35,122 bases of DNA from an uncultured bacterium (GTDB lineage: Bacteria > Zixibacteria > MSB-5A5 > JAABVY01 > JAHJOQ01), in NCBI GenBank assembly GCA_965369655.1, contig CBDUQR010000032.1, forward strand, positions 1 to 35,122. The letters run 5' to 3'. Below are positions 29,181 through 35,122 of this stretch, in pieces. The notes beneath the pieces are model-generated. The model had not been told where the DNA came from. It did not search any database and saw only the letters and a program-made list of their open reading frames with translations. The first letter of the stretch is position 1; every line of letters begins with the position of its first letter. Made by a program: the position numbers and the translations under genes.

Positions 29181-30080
29181 ATGGGAATCAGAAGTACCAA
29201 CGACATACTGGAGTTGTTCAGATCGCACCTGTCGGTCGATCTGAACCTGACGAGCAATACGATCTCGGCGTATGACAACGACATGTTGCGGTTCCTCACA
29301 TGGTGTCGCAGCGTGAATCGCGATCCATTCAAACTCGACGCTGACGGTATCTATAGTTATCTCGTTGGCCTGCGGGGCGAGTCATTGAGTCCGGCAACTA
29401 TTGCCCGCCATCTCTCCACGCTCAAGCATTTCTACAAATTCGCCGTCGGTGAGGGACTCTCTGAACTCAATCCATGTTCATCTATTGAAGGACCGAGATT
29501 GATGCGGCGATTGCCGAGGATACTTGATCAGGACGAAATGAAGCGTCTGCTCGAAATTCCGGGGCGTGAAACACCGATGGCAATCAGGGATACGGCAATG
29601 CTCGAACTCTGGTATGCCTGCGGTCTGAGAATCTCTGAGGTTCGCACGCTCTCGGTGTCGGATGTCGTGTTTGAGGTGAGGCTGCTGAGAGTGACCGGCA
29701 AAGGTAGAAAGGAAAGGATGGTGCCGTTCGGCGGCTATGCTTCCGATGCAATAAAGGAGTATCTTGACACCGCACGTACGCAACTCGCCGGGACACAGAG
29801 TTCATCTGTACTCTTTTTGAACAATCGAGGAGGGGGGCTGTCACGGATGGGACTCTGGAAGATTCTCAAGAAATACACCGACAGATGCGCTTTCAGCTTC
29901 AAAGTGACCCCTCACACCATTCGGCATTCGTGCGCAACACATCTGATCGAGGCGGGTGCGGATATCAGAATTGTAATGGAATTCCTCGGCCATGCCGATA
30001 TAACAACTACCCAGATATACACCCATCTCGACAGGGAGTATATCCGGGAAGTCCACAGGAGTTTCCATCCCCGGGCATGA
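29181..30080 (+). CDS. xerD: Site-specific tyrosine recombinase XerD
   Basis: SNTISAYDND, RDTAMLELWYACGLRISE, GKGRKERMVP, LSRMGLWK, TPHTIRHSCATHL, LGHADITTTQIYTH, HPR end. Start uncertain (TTG at 29157 is an alternative). Confidence 0.9.
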   Translation: MGIRSTNDILELFRSHLSVDLNLTSNTISAYDNDMLRFLTWCRSVNRDPFKLDADGIYSYLVGLRGESLSPATIARHLSTLKHFYKFAVGEGLSELNPCSSIEGPRLMRRLPRILDQDEMKRLLEIPGRETPMAIRDTAMLELWYACGLRISEVRTLSVSDVVFEVRLLRVTGKGRKERMVPFGGYASDAIKEYLDTARTQLAGTQSSSVLFLNNRGGGLSRMGLWKILKKYTDRCAFSFKVTPHTIRHSCATHLIEAGADIRIVMEFLGHADITTTQIYTHLDREYIREVHRSFHPRA

Positions 30081-30088
30081 GGCCGTGA

Positions 30089-31087
30089 ATGATCGAAAAG
30101 CTTCTGCACCGAAACAATTTACTCAGGCCGGGTCATTACAGCCGACGGTATCCGACTGCCCGGTTCAATATTGCGTTGCGTCAGATGACCATCGATGTCT
30201 CTTCTGACATCCCCGACACGATAACCTGGACTGTGCCGAGCATCCATCCGTTCGTTGAGTTCGATGAGCTGTTCAGGCTTACTCAGATGTACATGCTCGA
30301 CCTGATCCTGTTCGTTACCACGAACGGCGTCGATGAGGAAGCCGCGATGATCGCCAGGGCGAAGGCGCGACCGTCGCTCGCCGTGATTCCGACAATTGTT
30401 TACCATCCCGCGCCGGACAAGAATGCATATATAAAGGCGTTCGAGGGTGGCGCAGACGATGTGCTCGCCGGAATGTGGGACCCGGAGATATTCGGAATCA
30501 GGATCAGGATGCTGGCTGAGCGATCGAAACGTGATCTCGGCGTCAATCCGACATCGCGGTTGCCGGGACCGATTCTGATCGAGCGCGAGATCGACAGGCA
30601 GATTCAGTCCGGCAGTGACTTCGCAGTCTGCTATCTTGATATCGACAATTTCAAGGCATACAACGATTATTACGGCTATGTCTATGGCGACAGTGTCATA
30701 AGACTGACTGCGCACATTATTCGTGACATAGTCTTCGATCTCGTGCCTGACGGTTTCGTGGGGCATATTGGCGGAGATGATTTCATATTCATTATCCCAT
30801 ACGACAAGGTCGAGATCGTCAACTCCAACATCATCAAGACATTCGACGCCATAATCCCATATCGCTACAAGACCGAGGATCGTGAACGAGGAAAGATTGT
30901 GGCGAAGAATCGAAGGGGAGAGGATGAGGTCTTCCCGCTGCTGACCATATCGATTCCATGCGTCGTTAATCATGACCGCATGTTCACGCACATCGGCGAG
31001 ATGTCCAACATGCTCGCTGACCTAAAGAATTACACCAAGAAACTCGCCGGCTCAAACTACATGATCGAGCGGCGACGGAAGTATTAG
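30089..31087 (+). CDS. GGDEF-domain protein (GGDDF) with a degenerate receiver-like N-terminus
   Basis: NPTSRLPG, YLDIDNFKAYNDYYGYVYGD, GHIGGDDF; remnant AFEGGADDVL receiver motif. Confidence 0.88.
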   Translation: MIEKLLHRNNLLRPGHYSRRYPTARFNIALRQMTIDVSSDIPDTITWTVPSIHPFVEFDELFRLTQMYMLDLILFVTTNGVDEEAAMIARAKARPSLAVIPTIVYHPAPDKNAYIKAFEGGADDVLAGMWDPEIFGIRIRMLAERSKRDLGVNPTSRLPGPILIEREIDRQIQSGSDFAVCYLDIDNFKAYNDYYGYVYGDSVIRLTAHIIRDIVFDLVPDGFVGHIGGDDFIFIIPYDKVEIVNSNIIKTFDAIIPYRYKTEDRERGKIVAKNRRGEDEVFPLLTISIPCVVNHDRMFTHIGEMSNMLADLKNYTKKLAGSNYMIERRRKY

Positions 31088-31092
31088 TAGAA

Positions 31093-31328
31093 CAGGTCGA
31101 AAGCCCTGCATGTCCTGAGCCTGCGAAGGGCGCTTTCGACACTCTTTTATATTGTCGAAACCATAAAGGTTTCGACCTACTCGACTTTCTTTTCATGTAT
31201 CGCACAATTGTCGATACCGCAAGTCTTGTAGGTCAAATCTCAGAGTTAGCGAAGCGAACGGAGAGACTTGACATCTTTTTTCCTTATCATGCTTCATGCA
31301 AATTGTCGAAACCGTAAAGGTCGCATAC
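31093..31328. repeat. Cluster of four GTAG-type REP-like palindromes in alternating orientation
   Basis: + CAGGTCGAAAGC...GCTTTCGACA (31093-31141); - GTAGGTCGAAACCTTTATGGTTTCGACA (31153-31180); + GTAGGTCAAATCTC...GAGACTTGACA (31228-31273); - degenerate copy (31304-31328). Confidence 0.72.
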
Positions 31329-31358
31329 TCCACAAATGCAGATTCCCTATCTTTCTGC

Positions 31359-31386
31359 TTGACAAGACCTTATAATACTCTATCTT
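31359..31386 (+). promoter_or_regulatory. Possible sigma-70 promoter of the integrase
   Basis: TTGACA-N16-TATCTT; a perfect TATAAT also lies inside the spacer at 31371-31376. Confidence 0.4.
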
Positions 31387-31441
31387 TGTCTTGAAAGGCC
31401 ATTGTGCCCATATCGTGTCATATTGCTGACAGAGGTTTATT

Positions 31442-32569
31442 ATGGCAAGAATATACAAACGAGGCAAGATATGGTATCTTGATATCAGAGTTAAAGGCAG
31501 GAGGATCCGTCGAAGAGTCGGCACATCCAAGAAGGTGGCTGAACTCGCTTTGAAGGATGCTGAGGTCAAGGTTGCAAGACACGAATTTGGATTTGTCAGA
31601 AAAGACATTATCATTGACAAGCTTCTTGAACTGTTTCTTGAGTACTCACAAGCTAATCACCGTCCAGGCACTGCAAGGAGATTCCGAGCTGTTGTTGACA
31701 ACTTCAGGCACTTCCTCGACGCCAACACTGGGATAACCTTTCTCTCAGAAATTACTCCTGAGACAATCGAGCAATACAAGATATATCGTAAAGACCCTGA
31801 TTCCAACTCCTTTAACAATCGTCCCGCGAAATCAGGTAAGGATACGAAGCCAACTCTCAAAAGGGTCACACCTGATACAATCAACTTTGAATTGAAGACT
31901 CTCACAAACATATTCAATCGAGCCATCAACTGGGGCTATCTCACAGAGAATCCTGTTAGAGAAGTGAAGAAGCTCAAAGTCAGTAACTCCAAACCTGTTA
32001 GGTTTCTCACAGTTGAGGAGTGTCGACGGTTGTTAGATGCTTGTCCTGAAGATATGTACCCAATCTTCTTCACTTACTTGAATACTGGTATGCGCAAATC
32101 AGAGCTCATAAACCTGGAATGGGATGATATTGATTTCAAACGCAAGAAAATCAAGATACAGTGGAAGGAGTTCTGGCAGCCAAAATCTGGTGAACGTGAG
32201 ATACCTATGAACCAGGGATTGTATGATCTTCTGCTAAGACTAAGAAAGGAAAACGACAAGAGTCTGAAAAGCAGTTTTGTCTTTCCACACAGCGACGGCA
32301 GCAGAATAAGAATCAAACTCAGAGAAAAGATGATTGAGATAGCAAATAAAGCGAAGATCAAGAACTTGACCAGGCTTCATTCACTTCGCCATACCTTTGC
32401 CAGTCATCTTGTGATGAAGGGTGTTGATCTTCCGACAGTGAAGGAACTCATGGGCCATGCAAATATCCAGACGACCATGATTTATTCTCACCTAGCGCCA
32501 GATCACTTGGCTGACGCAGTTGACAAATTGGAGTTTGTGCGGACTGGTGATAGAGGAGAATGTCAATGA
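31442..32569 (+). CDS. Phage/island-type tyrosine integrase
   Basis: Basic N-terminal arm-binding-like region (IYKRGKIWYLD), core-binding domain, TGMRKSEL, HSLRHTFASHL, LMGH, TMIYSH; catalytic residues intact; RBS GAGG. Confidence 0.93.
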   Translation: MARIYKRGKIWYLDIRVKGRRIRRRVGTSKKVAELALKDAEVKVARHEFGFVRKDIIIDKLLELFLEYSQANHRPGTARRFRAVVDNFRHFLDANTGITFLSEITPETIEQYKIYRKDPDSNSFNNRPAKSGKDTKPTLKRVTPDTINFELKTLTNIFNRAINWGYLTENPVREVKKLKVSNSKPVRFLTVEECRRLLDACPEDMYPIFFTYLNTGMRKSELINLEWDDIDFKRKKIKIQWKEFWQPKSGEREIPMNQGLYDLLLRLRKENDKSLKSSFVFPHSDGSRIRIKLREKMIEIANKAKIKNLTRLHSLRHTFASHLVMKGVDLPTVKELMGHANIQTTMIYSHLAPDHLADAVDKLEFVRTGDRGECQ

Positions 32570-32810
32570 CTTCAGCCATCAGCAGCATTGACTAACACAA
32601 CCTCACCACTATGGGTAAGATTCTCAGGCACAGGAGATCTAAACAACAATGATCTACGCATCAGTCGGCCGAACCTTGGAAAGAACGTTGAGAAAGTGAC
32701 GATTAGGTGAGGCAGGGGTTGGAGTGTTACCATTGATCTTTTGGCGAGCTACTAAGAACCTGCGCCTTTGACATGGTAGTCCGGCCTAGCTCTGATCGGA
32801 TTTCCCTATT

Positions 32811-34535
32811 CTAGATTTCGGTCAATTCCTGTGCCTTGAGACAACCCTCTTCGTTTCCGATAAGCTTGAAACAGCCCTTTGCCAGATTAGCAAACTCGTT
32901 TACTTCGTCATAGGTACCTTGCTGACTGTAAAGGCAAGCCAGATTCAAGTAGACTCCTGGAAGCTCCGCAATGGCCGACGTTTCTCTGAGGAGGTACATT
33001 GAATCTCGATAGAGCTGTATGCTTTCGGTTATTCGACCTTTGTCGCGATAGATATTCCCCATGTTGTTGAGTGTCCTGGCTCTTCCGAGTACATCTCCCT
33101 TTTCATCGAAGATCTTGAGTGCTTCACGATAGAAACCTAATGCGTGTTCTGAAAAGCCCACACGATATAGAGCGTTGCCTGCGTTCAGCAGGAGAATCGC
33201 CTTTCTGTAAGCCAAATCGGGAGCGATCTTCTGAAGCATGTCTTGATACTCGTGAATCTGGATGAATAAGTCGATCGCCTGTTTCGGATTGTGTCTGGCC
33301 TCGATGAGAGCTAACAACTGCAGACTAGTTACGAATTCATATAGACGTAGTGCCGGCGGTAACGTCTCCGCGGCTTGCAAACATATGAGGCAGAGTCTTC
33401 TCGCCTCTCTTAGGTGGCCTAGCCCATATAACAAACCGGCTTCTCTTGCTACAAATGTATTCCTCAGCGCAACATCTTGCTTGCGTGCAGCGCTGATCCT
33501 GCCGGATCTATAGAACTTTCGGGCGATGTCCCGCTCCCCGATATAGTCCCAGAAATCGCCAAGGATTAGTCGAATCGAATTCCTGTCAGCATGTTCCGCC
33601 CAATGTGCCAGTAGACTGCTAACGTCTTGCTCGGCATCCCAACCGCTCGGTGCTTCTAGATAGCTATGATCCGTTCCAGGCCAAAGCTCAGTCAGTACCT
33701 CGCATAAGTCCATCTCGAGGATCACAGAGGGCTTCTGCCTCAATAGTGCGACCATCTTGTCGATTATTCTGTCACGGCTGAGTGTATTCCAAATGATTCT
33801 CCTGCATGCTGATGTGGCCAAAGAGCCAAAAATGTCTAGATCTGCACCTCGATATCCTATGAAGAGAACTACATAGCGTTTGAGAGCGGTCTTGAATGAG
33901 TTGTACTTCTGCTGAACGGCACGACGTCCGACGTCGTCTAGGGACGTGACTATGCTGTTAGGTTCAGTTATGCACCCATGGAGCTTGTAGAGACCGCGCG
34001 GAAAGCCTCTCGCTGAGGAGAAGTCTTCAAGTGTCTTGTATACTTTGAGGACTCGCTTACTATCACTAGGTCTTAGCAACGCATAAGCTTGTTCAATGAG
34101 CGTATCGAAGTTAGTTGTGAAGACCGCCCTTACCTGCTTAGTGTAGAGGAGTCCGGCTAGGGCAATATGGTTAGCATTTGGCACTGCTTTGCTGAACGTC
34201 AGTATTGGTTCCAAGGCAAAGTGCCGACGATCGTCTGTCGTGCATTCGAGTTCGCGTTTGCACAACTCCATCACATACTCTGGTGGTACATTGGACGCTT
34301 TGGTTGATACAGTGCCTTCCAACTGCTTGGACCTGATTTCTCCGTAAACATCACGATAATGCCTACTTAGGTGCGCAGCCAATTGCCGATGCAATGCCCA
34401 CAGCACTTCATTCTGCAGATCCAAGAAACCCACCAATGAGGAGGGTCTCGCAATGGAGATACCTGCTCCCGCGAATATCACTAGCTCCCTACGTTCAACG
34501 TGTTTTACAACATCTTTTATAGATCCCTCTCGCAT
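32811..34535 (-). CDS. SIR2-like (SIR2_2) domain fused to TPR repeats; candidate defence NADase
   Basis: IFAGAGIS, PNANH, FTTNFD, YKLHG, LFIGY; C-terminal TPRs (YREALKIFDEKGDVLGRARTLNNMGNIY). ATG at 34535 with GGAAGG is preferred over 34628. Confidence 0.88.
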   Translation of the reverse strand: MREGSIKDVVKHVERRELVIFAGAGISIARPSSLVGFLDLQNEVLWALHRQLAAHLSRHYRDVYGEIRSKQLEGTVSTKASNVPPEYVMELCKRELECTTDDRRHFALEPILTFSKAVPNANHIALAGLLYTKQVRAVFTTNFDTLIEQAYALLRPSDSKRVLKVYKTLEDFSSARGFPRGLYKLHGCITEPNSIVTSLDDVGRRAVQQKYNSFKTALKRYVVLFIGYRGADLDIFGSLATSACRRIIWNTLSRDRIIDKMVALLRQKPSVILEMDLCEVLTELWPGTDHSYLEAPSGWDAEQDVSSLLAHWAEHADRNSIRLILGDFWDYIGERDIARKFYRSGRISAARKQDVALRNTFVAREAGLLYGLGHLREARRLCLICLQAAETLPPALRLYEFVTSLQLLALIEARHNPKQAIDLFIQIHEYQDMLQKIAPDLAYRKAILLLNAGNALYRVGFSEHALGFYREALKIFDEKGDVLGRARTLNNMGNIYRDKGRITESIQLYRDSMYLLRETSAIAELPGVYLNLACLYSQQGTYDEVNEFANLAKGCFKLIGNEEGCLKAQELTEI

Positions 34536-34605
34536 GGCACCTTCCACAAAACATAAATACTTAAGATTCGTGCTTCGTGGGACAAATAGGGAGAAACTAC
34601 AGTAA

Positions 34606-34965
34606 ATGGCAAGAATAAGTATCAGCACACTGGAGGAACTGAGCGATCACCTCCACAAATCGTATAGCAACCGTTATCCCAGAGGTCCTCCGAATTTCGT
34701 TATAATGTACGACGATGAATCTGGATGTAACGTGGGGTATGTAAAGGACATGCCGCTGAAGCGAACAAGGACACAATGTCAACAGCATTCCGGAGGCGGA
34801 AGACAACGTGTTCGCTCAGCAAAGGGAAATAGGAGTTACAGTGGCTTTGTGAAGATAACATACGGTCCTCCCCAACCAATCACGGTGTCGCAGCTTACTG
34901 AGCTTCTCAATAGATATGGTTATAGTGTCGAGGGCTTTATTCGAACATTCCTTAAACCTGGGTAG
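34606..34965 (+). CDS. Hypothetical protein (119 aa), divergent from the SIR2-TPR gene
   Basis: ATG with upstream GGGAG; fills otherwise empty space; no recognised motif. Confidence 0.55.
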   Translation: MARISISTLEELSDHLHKSYSNRYPRGPPNFVIMYDDESGCNVGYVKDMPLKRTRTQCQQHSGGGRQRVRSAKGNRSYSGFVKITYGPPQPITVSQLTELLNRYGYSVEGFIRTFLKPG

Positions 34966-35122
34966 TCCAGATAGATACCCGAATCTCGGCTGTGTCGCCG
35001 TGTGTCAGTTGCCTCTATCAACAGAAATGGAGAGTGGGCTTGTTGCCGCTCTTACCGAAGACCTGGCATGATCTTCCCCCGCTATAACGGACATGTTAAG
35101 AAGATAGTGTTTGCAGTCGCTC

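Larger units (their letters stand above)
31330..35122. mobile_element. Left part of a putative integrative genomic island
   Basis: Integrase followed by accessory genes; visibly AT-richer than the upstream genes. Att site and right end were not found. Confidence 0.55.

Noticed and set aside
30119-30991. 290-aa antisense ORF
   Set aside because: Shadow of the GGDEF gene.
31093-31328. CRISPR array interpretation of the repeats
   Set aside because: Units alternate in orientation, vary in length and sequence, and no cas genes are nearby.
31403-31430. dif-like sequence TGTGCCCATAT-CGTGTC-ATATTGCTGAC before the integrase
   Set aside because: Only the left arm resembles a XerC site; the XerD arm TTATGTTAAAT is not matched.
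29181-32569. Integron or invertible element suggested by two tyrosine recombinases
   Set aside because: The first is a typical housekeeping XerD, neither shows the IntI-specific insertion, and no attC cassette array is evident.
34179-34193. TGGCAC...TTGC sigma-54-like box
   Set aside because: GG-to-GC spacing is one base short, and it lies antisense inside the SIR2 coding region.
34536-34628. Longer N-terminus of SIR2-TPR resembling a signal peptide
   Set aside because: It overlaps the divergent ORF; the ATG at 34535 has an RBS and sits just before the SIR2 domain.

Overview
Bacterial chromosomal segment from a diderm organism (TolC, lipoprotein, paired GWxTD proteins; an FCB-like or related candidate-phylum host is plausible but is only inference). 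1-12390 (+): one tightly packed signalling cluster with a partner-switching triad (SpoIIE/PP2C phosphatase, RsbW-like kinase, STAS protein), a 635-aa HEAT-repeat protein, four receiver proteins including CheY, CheR, CheZ, a CheA with no recognisable P2, CheB, and a soluble PAS kinase plus sigma-54 activator (FlgSR/FleSR-like). No CheW or chemoreceptor lies in the window. 12481-12666: a small Cys-rich ORF with its own promoter. 12675-22228 (-): Yip1-TolC-MacA-ATPase-two MacB permeases, followed by two GWxTD proteins, behind an ECF-type promoter. 22404-31087: thiamine pyrophosphokinase, a Zn-ribbon/TM/PEGA/TPR protein with a sigma-28-like promoter, a lipoprotein with two RskA-like repeats, a K+-dependent membrane pyrophosphatase, XerD and a GGDEF protein. 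From about 31100: an AT-richer island with a tyrosine integrase, a SIR2-TPR protein (candidate defence NADase) and a divergent orphan ORF. Non-coding structure includes a 175-bp MITE with TIRs and a target-site duplication inserted in the hppA terminator, and two clusters of GTAG-type REP-like palindromes. No rRNA, tRNA or CRISPR array was seen.
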